Source of the DNA: Azolla caroliniana
Taxonomy: Eukaryota > Plantae > Polypodiophyta
DNA: 64,000 nt
Assembly: GCA_043228905.1 (NCBI GenBank)
Contig: JBHGNT010000003.1
Span: 5,022,001 to 5,086,000, forward strand
Direction of reading: 5' to 3'
This document shows, piece by piece, positions 13,640-27,980 of the stretch. Under the pieces are notes generated by a model. That model was given only the letters and a program-made list of their open reading frames with translations, did not search any database and had not been told where the DNA came from. Every line of letters starts with the position of its first letter. Position 1 is the stretch's first letter. The position numbers were made by a program, and so were the translations under genes.

Positions 13640-14290
13640 ATACATGACTTAAGCTACTTAACGCATGCAATTAATCACTTGGTTAAAACATAGATTGACA
13701 TAAGAAATCTCAACAAACAACTATATTGCCAAGGCGTGTGATTAGACCAACCATATTCTTAAAATAAGATAATGCTTAAGGAATTGAGTTTAACGCATGA
13801 GTTGTTAAGAATAGGTCAAGGTTCAAATTCTTTCATGTATGATGGCTTTAATGGTTTGGAGATGTATCAATTTACTGTGGATGTCTTTAACTGGAGTGGG
13901 ATTATCTTCGTTTAGTTGGATTTTTGCACATATGGAAAACAATGAATGAATTCTTCATTCCCAAATATTTTTGAGTTCTTGAGGTATTGGGGGATATGGT
14001 TCAAATGGAATATGTGGAGTGCCTTCACATTTGTTTTGCAAGTTGGGGCAAGACAATTATGTTATAAAGTTAAAAGGACTTCTTTTGTGGCAATTGTTAA
14101 CCGTGCTAGAGAAGGCATAAAATCTCAACCATGAAGAGAGAGAGAACTTTTCAAAGTCACATATCATTATATTCTAACATTTGAATTGGAGTACAGGGTG
14201 GGATTGAGTAAGTAGTCGAAGTTGTTAGTCACGGTGATGTGTTTTTTTCTGTTGTAATGAAAGCCATTATTTAGGGGGGGAAAGAGAATT
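13640..14290 (+). mobile_element. Probable degenerate LINE 3' remnant
   Basis: Trp-rich fragment FLRYWGIWFKW resembles L1 ORF2 C-termini and is followed by a G/A-rich tail near 14270-14290. Weak. Confidence 0.35.
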
Positions 14291-15921
14291 AAAGCTTCCT
14301 CCAATAAAAGGTCTACACATTCACCTTTATACATCTTGTACATTTAGCATAACTGCAAGTTTGCATGTATAGGTTTACACCTTCATCTTTATGCATATTG
14401 TACATTTAGTGTAACTGCATATATGTCCCTTTTAGTCTCTAATGATGTTTCCTTATGTTTCTCTTTCTCTTGTCCCCTATTCTATGAGTGCACTTGTTGG
14501 TGGGGTGCCAATGTTGATGTCCATGCAATCCAAACGTGTATGAATGAAGTGAACATCCCCCACTTAACAATTATGTAACGTACCTAGATAGAATAACAAT
14601 AAATGTTAAGTTGGCATGCCAATATCAAGCTAGATGAAATGGCATTGACAATGTGAACACGAAATACTGGAAGTTTAAAACCAATAATTTAGTGTTTCCA
14701 AGCATACCTTATATTTTGTAAAGACACAATTTGGATCTCGAAGCATGTATTGTTTATGTCAAACAATAGGGTAAACTATTGTTTTTTATGAAAATAGTGT
14801 AGGTCCGGGCATTTAATATAGGATGGCAAAACCCATAACTTGGGACGATGACTCTATTCATGGACCCAATTCACACGACGAGATAAGTTGTTCTTAATGT
14901 GCCACATAATTTTTTAGTTTAATATCTTCATTTGAATCACCATGTATGGTGCACTTCATGTTGTTGACTAAATGTTAATAGAGCTTTTCTCATAGCAACA
15001 AATATGGCATACCTTTGATTTCCGTTATGTCCTCACTACCATCTTGATGCTTACATCAAGGAGACAAATGTGCCAATTATTTCAACCAATAAGTGGGAAA
15101 TGTCATCTTTTGTTTTGCTTTCTTGAAATTACTAACAAATCCGTAGGGTGTGGTTTGTAGAACTATTCTAGATCATTTACATTCATGTTTATGGTTGAAC
15201 ATGGATTATTAACATATGTGAACATTCATTCGTAGCATATATTGATAGATATCCTTTGCCTAACAATTTAGCTTTCATGTGAATTCTACGTAAGAATAAA
15301 CACAAAGGGAATGTATCCACTATGACTTGTAAAAAAATAAAATACTATACTTGGTATAGCAATTAAACAAAGAAAATGAGGCATGATGGGATCTATTAAG
15401 GTCCAGGAAAATACATATAATGTAATAAGCTTGAAAAAATTGAAAAGGATAGAAATGCATGCCAAGATTACTTGATAAAAATGGCATTGTACAAGGATCC
15501 ACAATTGCGAGCATCATCAAGATGTGCATAGACTTTAAGCCATGGCCCATGAAATGAGATAATTAACAAGAGCTTCAAACCTTTAACCTCATAAGTTGAT
15601 GGCGCTTAGGTGATCGAAGACAAACGAGTTATATCCCCCCTGTGAATGTGAATCAACATTTCAGTTGCTTACTTCGTGACTTACATGACCATGAATAGCT
15701 AGACATCCTCAATAGGATTTTGGCTACAATCAATAACTAGCTAGAATGGTCTATTTGTGAGGGGTTCCACTCTAATAATAGCTTTTGGCTTTTTGTAGAC
15801 GAGCCACGTGCCTTTTTGTATACTATGGTGTGCTTGTTTATGAAAATGAGTGGTATTACAAATCAAATGTTTGTGACCACATGCTCCTTGGGGTGGACAA
15901 GTGACACTATTGAGGAGGAAC

Positions 15922-15980
<59 letters not shown>

Positions 15981-16848
15981 TTTACCTTCTTGAGTGAAGG
16001 TTTATAACCATGCAAGGTGTGGTTGAGCGAAGGGTCTCCATGCTCGGATGGGGGGAATCTGGGTAAAGATTCAACAAACAATGTCATGACCATCCATCAA
16101 TTAGAGTCTTAGTCGCGAAACGTCATACTGTAGGGTGTAGGTGAGGGTCGATCCGAGAGATGGTCCATGGGCATATGAATGGAGGCTATATAACGTAGCA
16201 AAGGGTGGTTTCTAGGACCTGGCCATGGGGGTCAGGGCTCGACATGAAGCCGATGTCCGAACCGAGAGGCCTAGAGACTCCTTGTGGTCCTCTTGAGGTT
16301 CACCTAGGGACATGGAAATGGTACAATGGAAGGAAAGCACATACATAGAACAGACTCTCAAGGTGTATGAGACATGGCCCCCCAAGGACCCACACACCCA
16401 CACAGAGAACAGGGCAGGACCAGAGGCAGGGGAGGAGGTGGGCAAGGCTTGCACGTGTCTCCATTTCCATCTTCGGTCTCCCTCGAATTTCTTGATTTTG
16501 GGTTCACGCCCCGCCATAGCTATATTTCGACTAAGTGCATCAACACATCTCTCTTTCTCTCCCTATCTCCCTCTCGGCTATATGGCATCGGTTTTATGAT
16601 TGATTGGTCTTCCTTTCACTGTAGCATGGCAAGATCGCCCAAAGGCCATGGACGTCAAATTTAACTCTCTCTCTGCTCCTTAAATCAAAAGATGATGATT
16701 CTGATCATTCCACCATTGCTCCAATTCGAACTCTAAACCTTCTGCAATATATTATAAATATATTTGATCCAAACCAGAAAACATGAATCTATAGACACAC
16801 TCATTTTTCTCTTCTTTCAACGTTTCTTTTCTTCTTTTTACAAACACT

Positions 16849-19800
16849 ATGGATATGGTAATGGCTTCTTCAAGCTTCAGGTACGCTCTGTTTTTGAAAG
16901 TTTTTTATTTTTTAATCTTCTTTTTGGAGATCTAAATTCGCGTTTCTTCGGAACAAAAAGGAAAATGGTTGACGAAAATTCCGCAAATTTAACTTTGAAT
17001 CTGTACTTCTATTTCTTGATGATGTGTCTTTTCTTTTCTTTCAATTGATTCATATCAAGATGCAATTGAAACGATTCCCATTTATTTCAACGCATTAGGA
17101 TGAATAATAGTATTAACCCAATTATGTTGCTGAGTTGCTAGGGATTCCGAGATAATTGATCCATTGCACCCCGAGTATCAGTCACACTCAGAAGACTATT
17201 TCTCCTCTGAACACTCAGAAATTGAAGACGAACACTTGTGGGGTCAATTGCCAGTGCAACAGGTAGAGAGCAAGTCCCTGATTCTTCACTGGACAGTGGA
17301 TGATGTTAAAACTTGGCTGCAAGAAAATGTTCCATTTGGGCATGATCGAATGCAAGGTTTGTTTTTTCTACTTCTTATTGTCGATGCAGCCAATAGAATA
17401 GGAATGTGGACATAATGATCCTTGAATGTCATAATCAATGAATGTTACATAGTGGTGTGCTTCTCCAATTGATTTGATGATAATTATTGATTGTACCATA
17501 ATCATCAATTAACGTTCTATAGTAGTGTTCGACTGGTTCACATATATATCATACTGTACCACTCCAAGTGGCTTTTCACTTATTCTTAAATGCTGAGGAA
17601 ATTATGGACTCTCATGTCCAAAGAAATTGCATTGAATGGGCTGGCAAGATTACAGGGACAAATGCTTCTCAGATGTTTAGGATGGAGAAGACGTGAGTTA
17701 AGATAACCAGAGAATTAGATTGTTGATTCACCTCCCAGCCCTAGACCTTGAAAGCATAGATGTAGACTTAACCTCCAGCCATAAAACTTTATGGCATGCC
17801 TCCTGTCAATACTAGTTTTTTCTAGATTCTTGGTTATATTTAAGCTACTGCTATATGTGGTGATGTTCATGTCAGTAAGGTTATTTTAGAAACTTAGTCT
17901 ACTAAGAAACCTGTCGCTAATTATCTAGCAGAATTACCAATATTGTATTATTGAGAGATGAATGCTTTGTCATTGGGAAGTCCATTGAATGAGTTTTTAA
18001 CAAGTACCTCTAATGGATCAAATTTCTTGTCGCTCTTACCTGCCTTAGGATATTTTTGCAATTTGACTGCTTTATGTTAATACTATATAGCTGATGTTTC
18101 ATATTCAAGGGTATCAGATATACAAGATGATGCAATTTCTATATTGCAGAATGCTTGCGGTTGTTTCAAGCTAAAGCTGTTGATGGCATAAGCTTGCTAA
18201 CACTTCCGAAGACACACCCTGCATGTGTGGGGATGAATGATTTTGATTGGCTACTTTTAAAGGTAATGAAAGAAGAAGGGAGAGTGAATTATATATATAT
18301 ATATATATATATATATTGGTTTGCATTTGGCACCTGAGGATTTTTATGAGTAGAGGTGTCTTTTGTAATGCTTCAGCTATATGACAGTGGATAATGTGCA
18401 GGCAGCACGGAAAAAGTTGCTCTCAGGCTCTGGAAAGGTAGAATCAGCACATGATCCAAGGTGTACTGAGAATGGCTCATTGTGGACCATCCCATGTACA
18501 CCGAGGAAAAAAGGAGATTCCGAAATCACTCCGCCTGATTCTCCAGATTCTTTCAGGTTAGTTGAAACTCCTAGATCTCGGGGAAAAACGCCAAGATACA
18601 CCTATTTATAAGCAATACTGCTACTATTAGGGATGGATTTTCTGATAATTTTTGGAACGTAGGGTATAGTTGTAAATATCCTAAAAGTGGGGAGTATTTT
18701 GATGTTTTATCACCCTAGCTTTGAATCCTAGCTCGATTTGCTCAATGTTTGAGTGCAATCATGATAGAGTTTCAACCCCTTTTTCGTGATTTTGCCCTTG
18801 TGAAGGTTAAGCTCAAGTAGTAGTTCTGGAATCTTGCCATCTAGTCTTTTTAGACCGACTTCTTCAAGTAGCAGCTCCGGCATTATGCATTCTCGAGATT
18901 CATTTATGTTTCCAAGTCAAAAAAAGCGGTTTTCTTTCCCGAAGATCACATGGAGCTCTAATACTTCCAAAGATGAACAGGTTGGAAGATAGCAGAGTGC
19001 ATATGCAGCACATTAAAATAAATTTTCATATTGAATCAAAAGCTTGTATGATCGTGTCAGTTGTTTTTATCATGTATTACATCATGCCTTTTGTTTGCTT
19101 ATGGACTTTCTTATGTTCTTATAAATATTGGGTGTATTTGGCCAGATTGAGTCATTGGTAACCGAGGTACAATCGTTACGTGGTGAAATTGTCAGTGCAG
19201 AGGAGAGAGAAACTACTCTACATGCTCAGTATGTTTGAGAATGGGTTGCAGCTTTTTTTTCTTTCAATGATCATTAACATCATAATTTGTTATATAAGTG
19301 TTCATATTTCATTTCATTGTTTTCGGAAGGTGTACGTGAATGATTGTATCAATGATAAAAAAGGCATTTTTTGTCTAGCACAATGTTATTGGCAACCCTA
19401 CAGATGAATTATAGTATCGACATTCAAGTTCACAATATAAACATCCAGTTATTTTCAATAAAAAAGCTCAAGAAACATACGTACTTTTTTATTTTGAAAT
19501 GAAGGCTTTACAGCAACTTTTTCAAACTAGGATTTCTCCAAAAGAATAGATTTGCTGCTTCTAAGAAGATGTGCTAATCTTTATGTCATATGCTTGGTGT
19601 ACACAGGGTGCAACATCTTGACGATATGCTTAGAACCTGTCTTCTGGCGGGGTACCTCTATACTCGGACTGTACGTCTCGCTTGAAATTTTAAAATCAAT
19701 ATTTGTTAAAAAGGATTTATTCTCCAGAAATTCAAAATATTCTCAAAATTTTGAACATGGTTTATTTTTTGTCAACCTTGGGAAAATCCCAGCAGCGATG

Positions 19801-20334
19801 GGTGCCCCTCATGGGTGAACCATTGGTAGAGGATGATGCTGAGGTTGATGATTGGCTTCAGAGGTTCTTGGTTTTAGAAGGGTCTTCAATCTTCTTTTAT
19901 GTGTGTGCCACAGGTCAAGATTTTAACATAAACAAATACTGGCATATTTTTCTTTTGAAATGGTTAATTCATCACCATATTTGACACATTTGATAAAAAA
20001 TAGCTCTTAGCTGGATTTTGGTAGATTTGAGACCACAAGGAACAATTCCTTTGGATGATATTGTGGCGGTTGGAGTGCTGCCTGTTCAAATGCAATGCCG
20101 AGACAATAGAGGTCAATGGCTCTCTTTCCACATTACTACATGCCATGGTTTGCGGTTAGAGTGTTGTACTCAGTTGAAGGTTCAGGTATATGTAACTTGG
20201 TTGTTCTTGGTTAAGAAAACTGATGGTTATCATTGATGATGCTTAATGAAATATGATTTGTTTATTTTGCGTTCAAGATGGATTCATGGTTAACTCTCCT
20301 TGGAGTAGACCATAAAGCAAGACGTTCAGTATGA
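16849..20334 (+). CDS. Protein with N-terminal SAM domain, central coiled segment and C-terminal PH domain, ~375 aa, 10 exons
   Basis: Exons 16849-16880, 17142-17356, 18150-18262, 18402-18556, 18854-18980, 19146-19228, 19607-19670, 19793-19913, 20025-20185 and 20278-20334 join in frame (1128 nt). SAM pattern: HWTVDDVKTWL...F...VDGISLLTL...GM. PH pattern: LAGYLYTRT...DDWLQRFLVLEGSSIFFY...PQGTIPLDDI...FHITT...MDSWL. Confidence 0.85.
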
Positions 20335-22881
20335 CAACGTGGTGGTTTGAACAAAAATGCAATGACCTTCTAACATATGTAATGTGTACATATAACCAAT
20401 TCAGCCTCCTTGCAAGGTCCATTTGATAGATGATTGATGTCCAAAGTTCTAGGGTTTTTCGAGACTCTTTCCAGTTTTATTCTAAGAAATGTATATATGT
20501 GTATCATTTTTTTTGAGATCTTGGATAGTGCAGTGCATAAACTTTTGGCTGACTATCTCATGTGTATATCCAATGCTCCTATCTTGCGATGGGTAATACA
20601 TTTTAGATGCTCCCTTGCAATTCAAGGCAAAAAAGTTTAATCAATTGTAAGATGTGAGAACTCGTGTGGTGGAATTTGTTTCCTTGTAGGACAACGGAAC
20701 AAGAATGGAATGTAAAGAGTGGATTTGTTATTGAGGTATGAGAATGTATTCTGATCAATATACACACTTAAAATGCTTATGTACTATAATATGATCAGAT
20801 CGAAACATCTCATCCACGAGCATGATGTAGTCTTCTTTATTTGAAAGCTGTATTCAAATATTTGTGAATACTATGCTCGGTATAATAATCATATTTGGAC
20901 AGGAGTAGTGATTATTTGTTGCAATGGAGTTATGAATATGGGCATGTCCAAGATGATAAGGTGGTTGCTCTTCCCATTGCAAGTTTTTCGAGAAAGAATT
21001 TGTCTTTGCCCTTGATACGATGAAGTGACAATTAACTTGTTTCTTTTATTGAAAGTTTCTCTTTGTATGACTGGTATATTTGAATTTTGGAAATGTGGAA
21101 AATAGGCTAGTAGCTAGAGATAAATGTGCATGTGGGTGTATCATAGAAGGAGATACGTATTTGCAAAATTGTACTTGCATTCTATGAAATCACTTCCTTG
21201 AAGGATACCAAGGAGGCAAGTGAATTTCTTTTGCCTTTTTCTATATATGACCGCCTCAAGGCATAGATGATGATGTTAGTGTTAAAATGTCCACACTTTG
21301 CCTACATGTAGATGTCATTGGCCAAAAGTTTCTACCACAAAATGTCTTGAAACTTAAAATGTGTTGTTCATTGAGCCTTCATAGTTTTGCCATTTCTATT
21401 GTGATAACTTTGAAACCTCTTTTGTTAGCATGATTCTATGTATACTTGTAACACTAACTTGGCCTAGGTTTGCCATACTATGAAGTTTTATTTGCTATAT
21501 TGTTCCTAAATAGAATGTTAAAAGTACTTGTTACTAAAAGTAAGCATGCATAGTTTTCCTCCTCAAAAGTTGGATTCTCATACTTGGCTACGGACTCCAA
21601 TATTGAAGTGTCAAGGATCTCTAATAGGTAATAATTTAGTAGTGACTTGGCAAAGCATAGTGATTCCAAAAGCCTATATCTTGGGTGATTTAGGTGGGTT
21701 GATAATCTCTATTAACATTGATCACTAAGGTATTCATTTGGAGGATCATGGTTGAGGACTTGCACTCTAGGAGATGTTGTGACTAAAGAAGAATTACTAA
21801 TAAATGTGTTTCTTTTGCTTAATTGAAGTGGAGAATAGTAGGCATTGATTTGTTTCTTGTCTAGTCGCAAGAATGGCTTAGAAGGTAATCAATATACTGT
21901 GAATGACTCTCATAGAGTAGTAAGATCTCTATCAATCATGTTTTTGCGTACTAGGAGTTGAGTGGAGTGATGCCCCATTTCCAAGTCATTTTAAGTCTAG
22001 GGATGGAATTGGCGGCTATGGTTCAAATAGAGTATGAGAAACGCCTTTACTTTGAAATTAAGTGGGGGTGAAGAAATATGTTGCAAGGTTAAACACATTT
22101 CTTTGCGGCAAATTTCATTGTTGGAAAAGTCGAGGAATCTAGCACATGAAGGGCAACAATTATGTAAGGTGACAAGTCATCGTGTTCGTCATTAGGTTAG
22201 TCTCAGTGGCGTGCATTTGATTGGGATCCAAATTCCATTGTAAGTTAGTCATGGCGGCATTTTTTCCTTACCTAAACCCTAAATCCTAAAAACACAAAGC
22301 CACAATGACCTTAACATTTTATGATCTTACAATTCAATAAGGATGAACTAAATAGATTTGTCGTCGTAAAAAAGAAATGCACATAAACAATCAATTGTGT
22401 GCAAAACCAAGAGATCCTAAAATAGATCATGCTCCTATAAGGAATTTCACACAAGTCAATATTTCTTGCTAATAGTCTCCTTCGCCAAGCACTAAATGGT
22501 CCCCGTTGCATTCTCAAGTATGTACAAGGTGGCACTCAATGTTGTTCAGTGATTGGTAAGCCTACACATGAAGCAATTTGAACAACCATGATGATACTTG
22601 AACAATAGCCTATTGAATAGTTAATGTTTGGCAGACTTGCGTTGGCATATTGTCCCAGACGAAGAGGAGCAATGGAGATGGATGCATGATGACGAGGTGC
22701 TGGGCTATAGCATGGAAGCCTGCCCAAGAAGAGAGGAGAAATGGGGCAAGAGACAATGACAACAACACCAACAACAACAAACAAGAGTCATTACGAAACA
22801 TCAAGTTTGACGATGAGGAAATTCATGCCAACACATACATGGATGGGATGGCATCATCATCATCATTATCAGAAAAACAAT

Positions 22882-22885
<4 letters not shown>

Positions 22886-22942
<57 letters not shown>

Positions 22943-23105
22943 AACAAACAGCATCATCAAAACAATACATACATACATACATACATACATACATACATAC
23001 AAATTTACATAGATACATACATAGATACAATAAGAGAGAAACTGTAGAACAAACAGAAACAGCACAATTTTCTTCTTCCTTTCACATCGTCATCGTCATC
23101 GTCAT
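22886..23105. repeat. Microsatellite cluster (CA)n, (ATAC)n, (CATCGT)n upstream of FIS1
   Basis: Directly visible simple repeats. Confidence 0.95.
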
Positions 23106-23171
23106 CGTTTTCTTCTTCTGCATCTCTCTTTCTCTCCGTGATAGATTTATTTCTAGCATTTTTTCCACAGA

Positions 23172-26100
23172 ATGCAGAACTTCCGCAACACTCTCGGTTC
23201 CATCTTCGTCTCCGATGACACCCTGCCCTGGACGGATGCTGGCGTTATCCAGGTAAAGCTTGTTCCTTTTCTTCTTCTTCTTCTTCTTCTTCACTTTTTG
23301 GAATTCATCTTCTCTGAAGAAACATCAGAAAACAAACAGTTGATTTCAACCCTTCTTCTTCTTCATTATCCTGTTATTTATTAAAGGAAGCAAAGAAAAA
23401 AGAAATGGTTTACTTTCATTTTTCTTTTTCCTGTGATGCCTTTAGTAATATTAGTTCTGAGAATTGAAGCATTTATCTTAGCTTTAATCCACCAGACCCC
23501 CTTTAGATGATGCCATATCATGATCCCCTTTAGCTTTAATCCACCAGATCCACCTGGCCAATTGTCAAACTATGAAATACACTAGAGCTGATGCCATATC
23601 ATGATCACAGAGTTTTTTTTGTTTGTGACCCAACTCAGGAACTGGATAGGCAGCTAAACCTTATTCCCAAATGAGGAAGGCTTTAATATATCGATCCTAC
23701 CAATTTCTTCTTATAAGTGAGGGATCAAATCTGATTTCTAAACCCCGGATAGAGATACATTTATGATTGAGAATAAAAACTGATAGAACCGAAATAGAAT
23801 GTTGGTGAATCAGATAAAGAAAAAGAAGCTTAAAACTTTGTTGCATTCTTGAATTTGTGTTCCTGACCATGCTTGAACCAGGTACCTCAGAGAATGTTTG
23901 TTGGAGACAATAACCAATGTTCTACAATACTTTCTTTATAGGCTTTATTTCTTCCAAAGCACATTACCAAGACATAGTCCAACATATGGCCCATCACATG
24001 CTGATGTTCCCGAATCAAAGTTCTTCCATTCTATGTAGAAGTTGAAGATGAATTATTGAAATGATGTCCTAAAACATGTGCCAATGTTAATGAAGTTTTG
24101 ATTTTGTGCAAGATTCTATAAAAAACTTAAGTAGAGATGAAGCAAGTTCATCCTTGTCGTCTAATTGACCAAACTAATTTTCTTTGGTGTGCTACAAGGA
24201 GAAGATGGTCAATAAAATAATTAGGAGTTACCATCTTCAAGTTAGTAGTATGCACTTCCTTGAACTACTCTTATCTTTTGGTGTAAAGAAACCAAGAGAC
24301 CCACCACTTTAATATCGTCTATATAAAGAAATGAATAGATCTCTTTGATTGCTTCCACAAATCCGAATGAAGCACAAGATCATAACAGAGTACAAAAAGG
24401 AATTAGAGAACTATATATGCATAGATTGACACATGCGTGATATTTGTGATATTCTCCATGCGCAATATTCTCAATATTCGAGAATACAAAATGGCCCCAA
24501 GAATATTAAAAACCATTCGTTTTGCAAAATAAATATAAAATATTTATTTATTTATTTAAATAAATTTATTTCACCAAAAAAAGAACAATTACTCATTAAT
24601 AGATTATAGTGTCAAGAGAGTTTATGAAATTTATTTTAATTAATCAATTAATAAATTATTTTTAAAAAACGAATATTTTTATATTTATTATACAAATATG
24701 ATTAGTATGAACTTTGAAGATATGATTAGGTTGAAGTACTATTTTTAATGTTAAAATAAAAATATCCATAAATTTTGAGGGAATAAAAAGTGAGAAATTA
24801 ATGAGCCTTTACTTTATTTTATTTATTTATTAAAAATAAACGAATACTTATAACTTATAAGTTATACATTAATTATAAAAATTTACTAGTGTCAAATCCC
24901 CAAGTCCCTCTTTTATTATCCCTATTTATTTTCAAGTTCCTTTTTTTTTTTATCCTAGGAAATTAAAAAAGATAGAGTTATTATTATTATTATTTGAGTT
25001 AAACGAATACTTGACCACCCATTCGTATTCGTATTCGTTTGCATTTGAATGGTAAACCCGACGAATGCGAATTTGTCAATCTGTACTCTGTGCACTCTCT
25101 CCCACACTCTTTGGTCCATTATAGATAAACTTGAAGAAAAGAAGAAGGATTGGATGGCCCAAAACTCATGCATGAACTATTGTTATACTTATTCTCATAT
25201 ACTTCAGATGATATGCACCATTTACTTGATGTATGAGGCACATTCTATCGAATTTGTGGGCTAACTATTAATGTGAACAAAACAAAAATGGCAATACAAC
25301 CAAGATACTACCCCACGTTACATACAACGGAGAACCAATACAAGTGGTGCAAAGTTTCTAATACCTTGGTATTAATGTTCCATTGACAAATAGGTGGAGT
25401 GTATGCTATGTGTCTAGACTTCATGACTGTTGGAATAGCTATTCTATGATACTTGGGGATGGGAAGTGCGATTGATGCTATGGTGGTCCAATCGTTGCTA
25501 AATAGGATTGAAGTTTGGGTTGTCACTATCTCACTTTATTGCATGGAATGAAATAGAGAACATCCAAAAATTGTTCTTACGTAAACAATTTGGGTAAATT
25601 CCTCAACTTCCTACCGAATCATGCTATTAAAAATAGGTGCTCTGCCCATAGAGGTACAAGCCGTGTAAAAAATATACAAGTATATCACAAAAATCAAGAA
25701 TATGCCTTACCATTGATTGCCAAACTTTAGTTCTAGCAAGAAAACCCCTGAGCACCATCGGTCTTTATTTTCCATTACCTTGCATAGTGGGCCAAAGCCA
25801 TGCTTGAAGAGGCAATAGTATCTCCTTCATATTTCATATGAAACAGTACAATGAAAAACATATGTTCTTCAGATTCCACTTCTTAATGACACAATTGGCA
25901 AATTCTTTCTTCTAGAGATATTCATGCATATCTGTGTACCTCAATTTGTAACTGATTGGAAGAAATTTGTAGCTTCCCTATCTCACTGCCCAGAGAATAG
26001 AATAGATGTATGTCCATATCAGAGGGCCTGATGAATCCATCCTCCAACGTGTGTCTTAAAGTGGGCCATCTTACTACCAACAGATTTTGTGGGGCTGATC

Positions 26101-27980
26101 CATGTTATTCTGTTTTCTAACGTAATAATATGAGTTTGATCATTGTATTCTTCTCCACTTTGGTCATGTTTAGATGGGGACATTCCAAGCTATATTGGAG
26201 TGGGGACAATGCATTTATGTTTGTTTCATGTGACTTAAACCATTGTTGGGTTTCAGCATACCAACAATGAATATCCCCTCTCCAGCAAGTTGTTTTGATG
26301 ACATAAGTGTCATGCTTGAATACCCTCCTTTAGAGAGTTCCCAAAGCTGTTAGATACTAGTTATTGATTATTGGGGCGGTTCCGATCTCTGACAGGAATA
26401 TATCATGGCACGCCAATACTTTGCTCCTTGTCATGCGGGCAATCATTGAGACTAAATGGCCTCTCTTAATCTTTCTAGATATTTTCATTGTAAGACTGTC
26501 TTGAGGTTTCTACTTCATAGAGAAGAGTTGGTGTGACAAGTGTATCAAATAGCCACAATTTAGCTCATGGTTCTTGGAACTGTAAATGTGCACATTTTCC
26601 TTCAAGAGCACCAAGGGCCACATAAAAATATCCACAAGCACAAATAGCCTCTCATAAGGAGAACTGAGGCCCTTTGAACTTTCCCAGGAAGAATTAAGAC
26701 ATGACTAAAGAATTTTGTCATCCATATGATATATTGACATCTTTTAAGAGGCCAAAATAGCCTATAAGATCAAACAAAAGATTACATCTTAAAATATTGT
26801 CTCGTCTTTGAGAACAGCAAACCAAAATAAACATAACTAAGCTAAAATAAAAATAGAATTCAGATGTGAAGAAAGAACCTTGTCATCTATACATTTAAGA
26901 TTTGGTCTTTGAAATTCAAACTCAAGGTAAATAAACGAACATGATTGACCATATACAGAACTGTGAACGAGATGCTGCAAGTGAGGGGGTAGGCATATCT
27001 CAGAGTACAGATACAGCAGAAAGCTATATGCGTTTATCATGGGCACTTGTACATTCACGTCAGCCAGCTGATGTTCAGCGTGGAATCTTGATGTTAAAAG
27101 GTCAAGCCTTTTGTCCAACAAAATATTAACAATATAGGGAAAATCACCAAAATACCCCTAACTTGTTGGGTACTATCTCCAGAGTAGCCATGGTTTTCAT
27201 TTGTACCGAAATACCTGTGTATTGCTACACATGGATACTCTGGTAACTTTTGAAACCTAGCAGTATACTGATAAATACTGAACAAGTGAGCAGTATTTTG
27301 CTGTATTTCCCCTACAATATATTGATATTCTTACTTCAGTATACTTTTTGTTATGCTTTTCTTTTTGTTCTTAATGCAGCCTCATTAGAGGCAACGCCAG
27401 AGACATCTTTGAAAAGAGAGATATTGTATTTACTTGCTGTGGGTCATTATAGAGCTGGAGATATTACTAATGCAAGACGGTTTATTAATAATGCACTAGT
27501 GGTAAGTATTGGTGGTGCTTACATTGGCAATTCAATGTTTCACCTTCATATTGCATACTATTTTAGGGAAACACTAAAATACTCTTAAAAACCCTTGGTT
27601 TCCAAACCCGGAGCAGAATATCAATGTGGTGATAACATTTTGGAAACGAAAGGAGATTCTGATCAAGATCAAAATCATAAGAAATTTTTTGGTTTAATTC
27701 CTTGATTTTTTCTACTTTACTAAGTAATGTATTTCAATAAAGGAAGCACCAGATTTTCACCAAGGAGTTGCTCTCCAAAGGATGATTGAGGAGAAGATTG
27801 CCAAGGGTGAGAAAGTCTTTTATACTTACTTTTTTATATCTGCAAGAAGTGATTGTGGGATGTTTAACATTTTTTTTGGTACTTTTGCAATTGAAAGATG
27901 GTACAATCGGTATAGGAATTGCAACAGCCACTGTTGGTCTTGTGGTTGGTGGCATTGCTGCCCTGGTCTTGAAGAGATGA
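23172..27980 (+). CDS. FIS1: Mitochondrial/peroxisomal fission protein FIS1, 163 aa, 5 coding exons
   Basis: Exons 23172-23252, 26959-27100, 27380-27501, 27743-27806 and 27898-27980 total 492 nt. Motifs LPW, MRLSWALVHSRQPADVQRGILML and REILYLLAVGHYRAGD are present, with a C-terminal tail anchor DGTIGIGIATATVGLVVGGIAALVLKR. Confidence 0.95.
24421..25084. mobile_element. Putative MITE in FIS1 intron 1
   Basis: Imperfect terminal inverted repeats ATAGATTGACA ... TGTCAATCTGT, subterminal ATTCGT/CGAAT repeats and a very AT-rich core. TSD not clear. Confidence 0.4.
26200..26800 (-). mobile_element. Degenerate LINE remnant in FIS1 intron 1
   Basis: Minus-strand fragment ALEGKCAHLQFQEP*AKLWLFDTLV is typical of post-RT LINE sequence. 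Confidence 0.5.

Noticed and set aside
12880-13640. Separate gene or PIF/Harbinger transposase upstream of 5-FCL
   Set aside because: No recognisable domain, and the candidate DDE motifs are in the wrong order.
14700-15550. CACTA transposase remnant (minus)
   Set aside because: Only faint motif echoes; cannot be supported without a search.
22271-22290. Interstitial telomere repeat (CCTAAACCCTAAATCCTAAA)
   Set aside because: Only about 3 imperfect units; not distinguishable from a telo-box or chance.
22536-23294. Overlapping His/Thr-rich and Val/Cys-rich ORFs
   Set aside because: They are translations of CA and ATAC microsatellites.
7857-27980. Functional cluster of mitochondrial genes (5-FCL and FIS1)
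   Set aside because: The pathways are unrelated and there is no sequence evidence of co-regulation, so adjacency is probably incidental.
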